A stretch of 55,213 bases of DNA. Origin: Nanobdellati archaeon (GTDB lineage: Archaea; B1Sed10-29; WALL01). The stretch lies in the NCBI GenBank assembly GCA_015522845.1, contig WALL01000009.1:1-55213 (forward strand), read 5' to 3'. The notes below the pieces were generated by a model. That model saw nothing but the letters and a program-made list of their open reading frames with translations. It was not told the DNA's origin and did no database searches. Both the position numbers and the translations under genes were made by a program. This document shows positions 17,530-26,491 of the stretch, in pieces. Position 1 is the first letter of the stretch. Each line of letters begins with the position of its first letter.

Positions 17530-18774
17530 ATGGGGATACATATCCAAGCAGGCACAGCCTGGTCAAAGGCAAAAAGCGCAAAAAAAGCTGGCGAGGAGGC
17601 AGCAAAGGCAGCCATGAAAAGGGCAGGGGCAGATAGCTGTAACTTCGTCCTGGTGTTTGCCTCTTCCAAATACGCCCCACAAAAGGTGCTTGACGGTGTG
17701 ACAAAAGTAACAGGGAATGCGCCACTCTACGGCTGCACAACGGCAGGGGAAATAAATGAGAAAGGGGCATATGACGGCTCCGTAACTGTAATGGTAATAA
17801 AGTCAAAATATGTGCGCGTGGGGGTTGGGGTTGCAACTGGCGTGCGCAAGAGCCCTGCTGCTGCAGGAGAAAAGGCAGCGACCAATGCGCTGAAAGCACT
17901 TAAAAGAGAGCCGCGCCTGCAGTCCCTTGCACTGTTTAAAAAATCCTCTTGGGAAATGGTCAAGTTTCACCCATATATCTGCCTTGACACAATAGATGGG
18001 CTTTCGGGCCAGGAAGAGGATGTTCTGAATGGGATAATGCAGGTAATGGGGACCAACCCAATTATCGGCGGGTCTGCCGGGGACGACCTAAAGCTGAAGA
18101 AAACCTACCAGTTCTGCAATGGCAAGGCGTACACCGATGCTGTTGTGGCGGCTGTAATTTCAACAGACCTCTACACAAGCATTGTCTCAAAGCATGGCTG
18201 GAAGCCATTGTCAAAGACAGTAGTTGCCACGAAAACAGATGGCAGGAAGCTCATTGAGATAAACCACCGCCCTGCTGTTGAGGGGTATGCAAAGCTGCTA
18301 AAATGCGACCCCAAAAAGCTAATACAAGAAGGCACAATCGCATTTGGGACTGGGCTGGAATACCCCCTTGCCATACCAGACATAAGCGGGGAGCCCTGGC
18401 TAAGGCATCCCTTTTCTGTTGAAAAGGATGGCTCAATAGACTTCTTCTCTAGAATCCCAAAAACTGCCGTCCTTCAGCTGATGAAGGGGAAGAAGGAATG
18501 GCTCATCCAAGCAGGAGAGCAGGCAGCACGGGAAGCAAAGAGAAAAGCGGGTGGCACGCCTGCCTGTGGCATAATGTTCAATTGCGTGGCAAGGAAAGCG
18601 CTGTTGGGCAAGCAGGCTGGCACTGAAATCAAGGAGATTAGCAAGCTATTGAATGCCCCCTTTGCAGGGTTTTATACCTATGGCGAGCAATCCCCAACCA
18701 GCCGTGGGGCGAATGGGCACAAGAACCAAACAATTAACCTGCTGCTGTTTGCTGACAAGCTGATAACTGACTAA
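17530..18774 (+). CDS. FIST domain signal-transduction protein
   Basis: GCTTAGEI, GGSAGDD, HGWKP, FNCVAR, GFYTYGEQ, HKNQT motifs (FIST-N plus FIST-C). Confidence 0.93.
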   Translation: MGIHIQAGTAWSKAKSAKKAGEEAAKAAMKRAGADSCNFVLVFASSKYAPQKVLDGVTKVTGNAPLYGCTTAGEINEKGAYDGSVTVMVIKSKYVRVGVGVATGVRKSPAAAGEKAATNALKALKREPRLQSLALFKKSSWEMVKFHPYICLDTIDGLSGQEEDVLNGIMQVMGTNPIIGGSAGDDLKLKKTYQFCNGKAYTDAVVAAVISTDLYTSIVSKHGWKPLSKTVVATKTDGRKLIEINHRPAVEGYAKLLKCDPKKLIQEGTIAFGTGLEYPLAIPDISGEPWLRHPFSVEKDGSIDFFSRIPKTAVLQLMKGKKEWLIQAGEQAAREAKRKAGGTPACGIMFNCVARKALLGKQAGTEIKEISKLLNAPFAGFYTYGEQSPTSRGANGHKNQTINLLLFADKLITD

Positions 18775-18901
18775 GGATAAAACCAAAGCGGGACACTGCT
18801 TCTTCGGCAAGGCATACTCGAGTGGTTAAGTTTGTTGTTATTCTAAACATGCAAAAGTACAGAAACATTAATAAAAAGAAAAATGCGAAAGACAACGGCA
18901 C

Positions 18902-18976
18902 GGGCCCGTAGCTCAGCCTGGCTAGAGCACTAGGCTTTTAACCTAGGTGTCGGGGGTTCGAATCCCCTCGGGCCCG
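18902..18976 (+). tRNA. tRNA-Lys(UUU)
   Basis: GGGCCCG/CGGGCCC acceptor stem, CTAGG-CTTTTAA-CCTAG anticodon arm, GGTTCGAATCC T-arm; no encoded CCA. Confidence 0.97.
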
Positions 18977-19140
18977 CTGGGGGGCTTTATTCCCCCTCCT
19001 TGGGTTCTAGTTTTCCGCCAGGTTATATTGCTCAAACGTCAGTTTCTTTGGATTCCCAAGAGCCTTTCTTTTCGAAAGAAAGGCTGCTGTTTGGATCCCC
19101 TCGGGCCCGCTACTATTTATTGTGTTGTTGGGTTGGCTGT

Positions 19141-19196
19141 TTTCCGCCGGCGCTTTTATACCGGGCGAGCGAAGCGAGTAACAGAAAGGGCCGTTT
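19141..19196 (+). repeat. short intergenic element
   Basis: 56 bp, matches 30217-30272 with one mismatch. Confidence 0.9.
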
Positions 19197-19288
19197 CCGC
19201 CAGCGCTGTAGGTTATGCATCCCGCCATCCAGTTTGGGCGCCCACTCATGAAAGCTATAAAAAGGGACTAGCCACAACTAATTAGAGT

Positions 19289-20839
19289 ATGCATTGGGCA
19301 GAGCAGTATGCAAAGGAGATAATAAGGCGCAATCCGGACAAGGGAACCTATGTCGTAGAGTCGGGCATAACCCCAAGCGGTGTTGTGCACGCAGGCAACT
19401 TCCGCGAGGTGCTGACGCAGGACTTTGTCTACAAGTCGCTCCTGAAGGAGGGTATGGATGCCAAATACCTCTATATATGGGACGACTACGACCGGCTGCG
19501 GAAGGTTCCGAAGGGCATAAGTGGAGAGTGGGAGCAGTACATAGGGGTGCCCGTTTCAGACGTGCCCGACCCATGGGGCTGCCACGACAGCTATTCTGAG
19601 CATTTTGCAAGCAAGCTCATTGAGGAAAACGAGAGGTGTGGGGTGAATGCAGACTATGTGCGCATGAGCGACGAGTATAAGCGATGTGAGTTTGCAGAGG
19701 AGATGAGAACCGCACTTGAAAACAGGCTGAAGATAAAAGGCATATTGGACAGCTACAGAAAAGTGCCCCTCCCAGATGGCTGGATGCCCATACGTGTTTA
19801 TTGCGAGAAGTGCGGCAAGGATACAACAAAGGCGGAGTACCTTGGCGGCTATAGGGTTAGGTATACATGCGAGTGCGGGCACTCTGGCGAGTTTGACTTC
19901 CGCAAGAAGGGCAACGCAAAGATGGTCTGGCGCGTCTGCTGGGCGCAGCGCTGGAAGCACTACGGTGTTGACTTTGAGAGCAGCGGCAAGGACCATCATG
20001 CTGCTGGCGGGAGCTGGGATACAGGCACCCGGATAAGCCGGGAAGTATTCAACCATGAGCCGCCGCTTGGGCCAATGTACGAGTTTATCTATGCAAAAGG
20101 GCAGAAGGAGAAGATGAGCTCAAGCGCCGGGAATGTGTTCACAGTAAGCGACTTGCTGAAGATATATGAGCCGGAGATTGTAAGGTTCCTTTACACAGGA
20201 AAGATAAACCACGCGCTGGAAATCCCGTTTGACATGGGCGTGCTAAACAATTACAGCAACTATGATAGGATTGAGCGGCAGTACTTTGGCAAGGAAGCTG
20301 TAGCTGATGAGAAAGGGCAGGAGAACATGCGGGCAATATACGAGCTAAGCCAGCTTGGCGAGCCAAAGGAGCGGGCGCAGCCGCCATTTGGGTTTTGTGC
20401 GAGCCTCTCCCAGCTAACTGCTGATGTTGACGAGGCAATTAGCATATTGCAGCGGACAGGGCACATCAGTAAGGCACTTAGCAAGGAAGATCGTGAGCGC
20501 ATTGCCCTACGGCTAAGGCTGGCAAGGAACTGGGTAGATGAGTTTGCCCCAGACCAGGTGAGGATATTGCTGCTTAAGAAGATGCCTGATGTAGATCTTA
20601 CCCAAGCCCAAAGGGGGGCACTCTCAATGCTAGCTGGCGCAATTGGCAGGGCATCCAGTGCAGAAGCACTTGGCAAGGAGATAAAGGCAATAACAGAAAA
20701 AAAGGGGGTAAGGCCAAAGGAGCTTTTTGAAGCGGCTTACCTGCTGCTGCTTGGGAAGAGGCAAGGCCCGCGCCTAGCCCCGTTCCTGCTGTCGCTGGAT
20801 GAGAAGTTCGTTGTGAAAAGGCTTAGGATGGAGGGATAA
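19289..20839 (+). CDS. lysS: lysyl-tRNA synthetase, class I
   Basis: MHWAE, GITPSG..HAGN, GKDH, KMSSS, GPRL. Confidence 0.97.
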   Translation: MHWAEQYAKEIIRRNPDKGTYVVESGITPSGVVHAGNFREVLTQDFVYKSLLKEGMDAKYLYIWDDYDRLRKVPKGISGEWEQYIGVPVSDVPDPWGCHDSYSEHFASKLIEENERCGVNADYVRMSDEYKRCEFAEEMRTALENRLKIKGILDSYRKVPLPDGWMPIRVYCEKCGKDTTKAEYLGGYRVRYTCECGHSGEFDFRKKGNAKMVWRVCWAQRWKHYGVDFESSGKDHHAAGGSWDTGTRISREVFNHEPPLGPMYEFIYAKGQKEKMSSSAGNVFTVSDLLKIYEPEIVRFLYTGKINHALEIPFDMGVLNNYSNYDRIERQYFGKEAVADEKGQENMRAIYELSQLGEPKERAQPPFGFCASLSQLTADVDEAISILQRTGHISKALSKEDRERIALRLRLARNWVDEFAPDQVRILLLKKMPDVDLTQAQRGALSMLAGAIGRASSAEALGKEIKAITEKKGVRPKELFEAAYLLLLGKRQGPRLAPFLLSLDEKFVVKRLRMEG

Positions 20840-20840
20840 G

Positions 20841-21842
20841 ATGGATGTGATGGGGATACTTGCAAAGAAGAAAAAGCCAGTCATGGGAAAAGTAATGCAG
20901 CTGATAGGAGATGGCAAGCCAAAGGGGCTTTATGAGATGATGCGCGACTACCCGCTAAGGAGCGGCAAGGGGCTTAGGCCTTCACTGGTGCTTATAACTG
21001 CAGAGGCATATGGCGCAAGTCCAAGAGATGCCATGATCACGGCAGCAGCAATGGAGATGTTCCAGAACTGGGTGCTAATACATGATGACATAGAGGACAA
21101 AAGCAAGGAGAGGCGCGGAAAGCCGTGCCTGCACCGCATCTACGGCATCCCGCTTGCAATAAACGCTGGCGATGCCCTCCACATAAAAATGTGGGAAGCG
21201 CTAGCAAAAAATGAAAAATTGCTTGGCACGAGGAAGGCATTTGCCGTAATCAAAAAGATGGGCGAGATGCTTGACCGCACCGTCGAAGGCCAGACAATGG
21301 AGCTGTCATGGGTCCAAAACCAAAGCTGGAATGTAACTGAGAGGGACTATTACACGATGGTCTACAAGAAGACCTCATGGTACACTGTGATTGCACCCAT
21401 GCAGTTTGGGGCAATAATAGCAGGCAAGGGGAACATGAAAGCAATACACGCCTTTGGCGATGCGCTAGGAAAGGCGTTCCAGCTGCAGGATGACATATTA
21501 AACCTAACTGCGGGGGAGGCTTACGGCAAGGAGATTGCTGGCGACATTTACGAGGGGAAGAGGACCCTTATGCTAATCCACCTGCTTAAGCACTGCTCAG
21601 CAGCAGAGAGGAAGAGGATAATTAGGATAATGAACAAGCCGCGCGAGAAAAAGGCAAAGGCAGAGGTAAAGTCCATAGTTGCGCTAATGGACAAGTACGG
21701 CAGCATTAGCTATGCAAAAAGCGCTGCAGCAAGATATGCAGCAAAAGCAAAAAAGCTGTTCCCCCAGCTGCGCATACCAAGGGGGAAAGCAAGGCAGGAG
21801 CTTGAGGCAATAATCAGTTTCATCATCGAGAGGGAGCTGTAA
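20841..21842 (+). CDS. idsA: polyprenyl diphosphate (GGPP) synthase
   Basis: GKGLRP, LIHDDIED..RRG, FQLQDD, GDIYEGK. Confidence 0.9.
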   Translation: MDVMGILAKKKKPVMGKVMQLIGDGKPKGLYEMMRDYPLRSGKGLRPSLVLITAEAYGASPRDAMITAAAMEMFQNWVLIHDDIEDKSKERRGKPCLHRIYGIPLAINAGDALHIKMWEALAKNEKLLGTRKAFAVIKKMGEMLDRTVEGQTMELSWVQNQSWNVTERDYYTMVYKKTSWYTVIAPMQFGAIIAGKGNMKAIHAFGDALGKAFQLQDDILNLTAGEAYGKEIAGDIYEGKRTLMLIHLLKHCSAAERKRIIRIMNKPREKKAKAEVKSIVALMDKYGSISYAKSAAARYAAKAKKLFPQLRIPRGKARQELEAIISFIIEREL

Positions 21843-21876
21843 TTGCGCACGGGGCTGTTCCCTTCAATGCTTCCCT

Positions 21877-21924
21877 ACGAACCCTTTTCTGCTAAAAGCT
21901 GTGGGAAAAGCGTTCACGGAAACT
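21877..21924 (-). repeat. short intergenic element downstream of tRNA-Gly(UCC)
   Basis: ACGAACCCTTTTCTGCTAAAAGCTGTGGGAAAAGCGTTCACGGAAA, near-identical to 23932-23979 and 30166-30211. Confidence 0.9.
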
Positions 21925-21958
21925 AAAATCCAGCAAACGGGGAGCTTCGCCCCCCCAA

Positions 21959-22055
21959 TGCACCGGCCGGGATTCGAACCCGGGTTATTGGCTTTCTCCC
22001 AACCGATTTGCGGTTGTTGGAAGGCCAAAGTCCTACCAGGCTAGACTACCGGTGC
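21959..22055 (-). tRNA. tRNA-Gly(UCC) with a 24-nt intron at position 37/38 (21994-22017)
   Basis: GCACCGG acceptor stem; TTGGC-CTTCCA[intron]A-GCCAA; bulge-helix-bulge with CTTC/GGAG central helix. Confidence 0.95.
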
Positions 22056-22078
22056 AAACTTGGCAGAAAAGGGCTGAG

Positions 22079-22151
22079 TGGGACGGGTGGGACTTGAACC
22101 CACGACATCACGGTCTTCAGCCGTGCACTCTCCCAGCTGAGTTACCGTCCC
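22079..22151 (-). tRNA. tRNA-Phe(GAA)
   Basis: GGGACGG acceptor stem; CACGG-CTGAAGA-CCGTG anticodon arm. Confidence 0.97.
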
Positions 22152-22186
22152 GCTATGGCAGTTTTGAGTGGTGGCATTTAAAACCT

Positions 22187-23791
22187 TTATCCCTTCCTTA
22201 GCTTCATTAGCTTAGCCCATTCCTCCCGCTCTTCAAAGGGTATCTTCTTGTTTTCTTGTATTGGCACAAGCAGGACCATGACAATCCCAATGGCTGCAAT
22301 GGCCATAACCGCAACAAATATCCAGCCAGAGTTGCTTATTAGGAAGTTGCTCACTGCTTCTTCCCCACTCTCCCCGCTGCCCTTACTTGGCACGGTTATC
22401 TCACCAAATGCATTTGCGGTTGAATTGCCTGTACTGACGCTTATCTCATAGTTATGTGGGCCTGCCTTAGCAGGGAAGAGGAACTCAAGCACTTTGGAGC
22501 TGCCGGATGCCAAGGGGAACGTCTGCTGTTGGGTCCCCATATCAGTTATTACGCTAGCGGCTACGCCTGCATAATCCGTGCTGCCAATGTTCTTTACCCC
22601 AACTTCAATGCGTATCTTGCTGCCCATGACTGAGGCGTAGACATTCTTAATCTCAAACTCGCTATAGCCCTTTGCGGATAGCATAGGGTCGACGGTGACA
22701 GGAAACCTTTTGCTGGCACGTGGGCCCACTAAAAAGACGTAATAGGTGTCCCTCTCCCCATAAGGCGCCACAAACTTCCACTGGATCATCTTTGTCTCGC
22801 CCGGCCCGATGATGGCGCTTTTCCTAAAGTCGGAAAGCAGCTCTATGCCAACGGTTTTCTGTGCGGCATATGTTGGGATGAGCACATTTGGGCCGGTGTT
22901 TGTCACATTAACATTAAGGAAGAAGCTGCCCTTTGGGGGGACGCGGCTGTGGGAGGTGCTGGCAGATACGGACAGTGGGATTGCATACCCCCCAGCTGAG
23001 TAGCCAAGCACCTTAATGTCCTCAAGTGACTGGGGGAATTGGTAAAACAAGTATGTTGGTGCGGCATACAGCTTGATATGCATAGCATTCACAAGGCCAA
23101 TCTCGCTGAAGGTTGGGTCTACCGGGATCCACTCCCCCCCTATGAGGCTTTCAGCCCACGCATGCCTTTGCCATTGCGTGCCCGTATAGACAAGCCCAGT
23201 GGCGAGGCGTGTTGGGATATTAAGGGAGCGTGCCAGTGCAATGTAGACATTAGTGAACTCATCGCATACCCCTTGCCTGCTCTTAAGGACAGCAGATGCA
23301 GGCTCAATCTTGTCCCAGTAGCTGGTGTTGTATTCGATATACGAGTTTACCCAGAGAGCCAAGTCCCTTATTGCCTCAAGGGCAGTGTGGCTATTTCTTG
23401 TTACATCCAGCGCCCTCTGTGCGATACTTGGGTCGCTTGGATCGTAGTATGCCCCACCACCAAGGTATTCAGGAGGGCCAGCAATGGCCACAGGGAATCT
23501 TTCATCCCTTGGTATTTTGGGCTTGCTGGCATCAATGGAGACATCAAATATGAACGAGTAATTTCCCTCAACAGTAAGCAGGGCATTGCCATAGCTGTCG
23601 TGCTTTACAGGGAGCTTCCCATAGTCAACCAGCTGCCTGCCGTCGTTCTGGGGTATGTAAAGGCTTTGCGGCCGCGGGGTATAGCCGCTTATCTTTATTG
23701 TGACATTGGCCCTGCCAGCACTTTCTGGAAGCTGTGCAATTGCCATTGAGAGCAGCAGCACAAGCAGCACTATGCGCCTCATCTGTACCAA
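22187..23791 (-). CDS. secreted, membrane-anchored transglutaminase-like protein
   Basis: Signal peptide; GVCDEF, HAWAE, WIPVDPT catalytic triad; Ig/CARDB-like domains; C-terminal TM helix. Confidence 0.88.
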   Translation of the reverse strand: MVQMRRIVLLVLLLSMAIAQLPESAGRANVTIKISGYTPRPQSLYIPQNDGRQLVDYGKLPVKHDSYGNALLTVEGNYSFIFDVSIDASKPKIPRDERFPVAIAGPPEYLGGGAYYDPSDPSIAQRALDVTRNSHTALEAIRDLALWVNSYIEYNTSYWDKIEPASAVLKSRQGVCDEFTNVYIALARSLNIPTRLATGLVYTGTQWQRHAWAESLIGGEWIPVDPTFSEIGLVNAMHIKLYAAPTYLFYQFPQSLEDIKVLGYSAGGYAIPLSVSASTSHSRVPPKGSFFLNVNVTNTGPNVLIPTYAAQKTVGIELLSDFRKSAIIGPGETKMIQWKFVAPYGERDTYYVFLVGPRASKRFPVTVDPMLSAKGYSEFEIKNVYASVMGSKIRIEVGVKNIGSTDYAGVAASVITDMGTQQQTFPLASGSSKVLEFLFPAKAGPHNYEISVSTGNSTANAFGEITVPSKGSGESGEEAVSNFLISNSGWIFVAVMAIAAIGIVMVLLVPIQENKKIPFEEREEWAKLMKLRKG

Positions 23792-23832
23792 TAAAAGCAG
23801 AGTTGATATAAATAGTTGCTAGCCCCACCATG

Positions 23833-23979
23833 CCCTTTCTGCTAAAAGCCGCGAGAAAAGCATTCACAAAAAAGAGCAATGTGCAAGGGGGCTTTACATC
23901 CCCTTGCCCCCAGTGCGCTAGAGGGGATTCGACGAACCCTTTTCTGTTAAAAGCTGTGGGAAAAGCGTTCACGGAAACT
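23833..23979 (-). repeat. two element copies with a duplicated tRNA-Gly(GCC) 3' end between them
   Basis: Copies at 23833-23872 and 23932-23979; 26-bp repeat 23907-23932 = 24010-24035. Confidence 0.88.
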
Positions 23980-24016
23980 GAAATCCAGCAAGCAGGGGGA
24001 GCTTCGCTCCCCCCAG

Positions 24017-24090
24017 TGCGCTAGAGGGGATTCGAACCCCTGTTACAGGATTGGCAACCCTGAGTCCTAACCAGACTAGACTACTAGCGC
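24017..24090 (-). tRNA. tRNA-Gly(GCC)
   Basis: GCGCTAG acceptor stem; CAGGG-TTGCCAA-TCCTG anticodon arm. Confidence 0.95.
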
Positions 24091-24096
24091 ACCCAG

Positions 24097-24171
24097 AGGG
24101 CCCGACGGGATTCGAACCCGCGACACCGAGGTTAAGAGCCTCGTGCTCTATCCAGGCTGAGCTACGGGCCC
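24097..24171 (-). tRNA. tRNA-Lys(CUU)
   Basis: GGGCCCG acceptor stem; CGAGG-CTCTTAA-CCTCG anticodon arm. Confidence 0.97.
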
Positions 24172-24228
24172 AAGGGCACCGCCTTAAGCAGCGGAGCTTT
24201 TTATACGGCTAGTTATATAAAAAGGATT

Positions 24229-24726
24229 ATGCCAGTAACGGTGCTTAGGATGGGCCACAGGCCGCAGCGCGACAAGCGAGTGACAACTCACTGCGCCCTA
24301 GTGGCAAGGGCATTTGGCGCAGAGGGCATCATTTATTCCGGGGTTAAAGACCCAAAGTTTGAGGAAACCATACACAAAGTTGTGGGTAGCTGGGGCGGCC
24401 CCTTCTTTGTGCGCTATGAGAAGAGCTGGCGCAAGGCAATAAGGGAGTTCAAGGGGAAAAAGGCACACCTTACGATGTATGGGCTCCCGTTTGAGGAAGT
24501 GCATATCCCAAAAGGGAACCTCTTAGTGATAGTCGGTGCTGAAAAGGTTCCCGGCGAGGTATACAGCCTTGCAGACTATAACATTGCAATAGGCAGCCAG
24601 CCCCATTCTGAGATTGCAGCGCTGGCGGTTTTCCTTTATCATATTAGCGGCGTAAAGGAAGAATTTGATGGGGCAAGGCTAAGGATTACCCCTTCCATAC
24701 GGGGCAAAAAGGTTAATATACCTTAA
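24229..24726 (+). CDS. trm56: tRNA (cytidine56-2'-O)-methyltransferase
   Basis: [38 protein letters not shown]. Confidence 0.95.
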   Translation: MPVTVLRMGHRPQRDKRVTTHCALVARAFGAEGIIYSGVKDPKFEETIHKVVGSWGGPFFVRYEKSWRKAIREFKGKKAHLTMYGLPFEEVHIPKGNLLVIVGAEKVPGEVYSLADYNIAIGSQPHSEIAALAVFLYHISGVKEEFDGARLRITPSIRGKKVNIP

Positions 24727-24742
24727 TCCCCATAACAACGGG

Positions 24743-25258
24743 GTGGCAGTTTCATTAACTAACCGCCAGGTTAACAAGCTTCTTGAAGAAGTAATCGGCC
24801 ATGACGGCGTTCTAGTTCTAAAGGCTTGTGATCTAAAGAACGGGATAACCGACGAGGGTATACAGAGAAAGACAGGCCTCTCATTGCCAAAGATACGGTC
24901 CCAGCTAAACCAGCTGCACTACCGCGGCCTAATCCGCTACAACCGTGAGAAAAACCAAAACACAAACTGGTACACTTACACGTGGTTTGCAAACAAGGAT
25001 AAGATCCATGAGGTCATCTCGTCGGAGTGGGCGAACTACTTGGAGAAGCTGGAGAAGCAATTGGACTATGAGTCAAACTACATATTTTACGCCTGCGAGA
25101 ATGGCTGCGGCAAGCTGCCTTTTGAGCTGGCAAGCGAGTATGACTTTAAGTGCCCTGACTGTGGGGGGGAGCTTAAGCACATTGACAACAAAGCAAAAGT
25201 TAGGGAGATACTTAAGGAGATAAAAGAAGTGAAAGCATTAATGAAGCAGCTGGCTTGA
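24743..25258 (+). CDS. tfe: transcription factor E
   Basis: Winged helix with TDE and WYTYTW, plus Zn ribbon CENGC...FKCPDCG. Confidence 0.92.
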   Translation: MAVSLTNRQVNKLLEEVIGHDGVLVLKACDLKNGITDEGIQRKTGLSLPKIRSQLNQLHYRGLIRYNREKNQNTNWYTYTWFANKDKIHEVISSEWANYLEKLEKQLDYESNYIFYACENGCGKLPFELASEYDFKCPDCGGELKHIDNKAKVREILKEIKEVKALMKQLA

Positions 25259-25259
25259 C

Positions 25260-25775
25260 ATGTTGACACGTGAAGAGGCACTACAAATCCTTGAGGAGGA
25301 GAATACCCCGCAAAATGTTATTGAGCACTGCAAGGCAGTCGCAAGGAAGGCAGTTGCAATAGCAAAGGAAATCAAGGCCGCAGGGCACGATGTTAACCTA
25401 CAGCTTGTAGAGACCGGTGCGCTTCTTCATGACATAGGCCGCTCCCAGACACATGGGATTGACCATGGCTATATGGGCGGCGTTATCCTCCGTGCACGCG
25501 GGCTGAAGGAATATGCACACATATGCGAGAGGCACATAGCTGCCGGGCTATCAAAGGCCGAGGCAAAGCGGTTTGGGCTCCCCCCAAAGGAATACATACC
25601 CCAAACAATTGAGGAGAAGATAATTGCCGATGCCGATAACCTCACAGAGGACACGCACCCAATACAGATAGGCGAAGAAATCCAAAAGCTAAGGGATGCT
25701 GGCGTCCCAGAGGAAGCCATCACCCGCGTGCGCGAGCTTTACGAGGAGATTGAGGCACTATCTTCTTCGGCTTGA
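25260..25775 (+). CDS. HDIG-domain metal-dependent phosphohydrolase
   Basis: HC..ALLHDIGR..H..ERH..EEKII..ADNL. Confidence 0.9.
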   Translation: MLTREEALQILEEENTPQNVIEHCKAVARKAVAIAKEIKAAGHDVNLQLVETGALLHDIGRSQTHGIDHGYMGGVILRARGLKEYAHICERHIAAGLSKAEAKRFGLPPKEYIPQTIEEKIIADADNLTEDTHPIQIGEEIQKLRDAGVPEEAITRVRELYEEIEALSSSA

Positions 25776-25822
25776 GCAGAGTTTCAGCAACACTTTAATA
25801 TCCCCTTTTCCTGTTCTTATCT

Positions 25823-26443
25823 ATGCGTACAAATGACGAGCTTGTTGACTACCTCAAGGGGACTGGTGCGCTGTATGATGAGGCAGTAGAGGAGGCAATG
25901 CGGCGTGTGGACAGGATAGCGTTCGTCCCGCAGCGATACCGAAGCCATGCTTATGAGGACCGTGCTCTCCCAAACTTGCTTGGCCAAACAACATCACAGC
26001 CAACAATGGTTGCGCTTATGCTGCAGCATCTGGCAGCTTCAGCCGGGATGAAGGCACTTGAGGTTGGGGCAGGCACAGGCTATGTTGCAGCCATCCTTAG
26101 CGAGCTTGTTGGCCCGGAGGGGGAAGTCCATGCCATCGAGCGCATTCCTGCCATAGCGCACGAGGCCCAAAAGCGCCTTGTTGCATACTCTAATGTATAT
26201 GTCCATATAGGCAATGGCATAACAGGGCTGAAGGGCAAGGCGCCCTTCGACCGCATAATTGTAAGTGCAGCTGCGGAGAATCCGCCACAGGCGCTCATTG
26301 ACCAGCTGTCTGGCAGCGGCAAGATAGTAATGCCAGTTGGGCATAGCAATATGCAGCGCCTCACGCTTGTGGAAAAGCTTGCCGGCAGTGTGCGGAAAAC
26401 AGACTTGGGCATAAACTGTGTGTTTGTCCCGCTCATCTATTAA
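25823..26443 (+). CDS. pcm: protein-L-isoaspartate O-methyltransferase
   Basis: QTTSQP, LEVGAGTGY, APFDRIIVSAA, FVPL. Confidence 0.93.
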   Translation: MRTNDELVDYLKGTGALYDEAVEEAMRRVDRIAFVPQRYRSHAYEDRALPNLLGQTTSQPTMVALMLQHLAASAGMKALEVGAGTGYVAAILSELVGPEGEVHAIERIPAIAHEAQKRLVAYSNVYVHIGNGITGLKGKAPFDRIIVSAAAENPPQALIDQLSGSGKIVMPVGHSNMQRLTLVEKLAGSVRKTDLGINCVFVPLIY

Positions 26444-26491
26444 GCTTACAGAAAGGGGGTGCCAGCGGCACTCCTTTTTCTGGCATGCGGC

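Noticed and set aside
18947..19285. Short ORFs here, at 23830-24024 and the 30190 extension that share peptide strings
   Set aside because: The shared strings are translations of the non-coding repeat element, and two of these ORFs overlap tRNAs.
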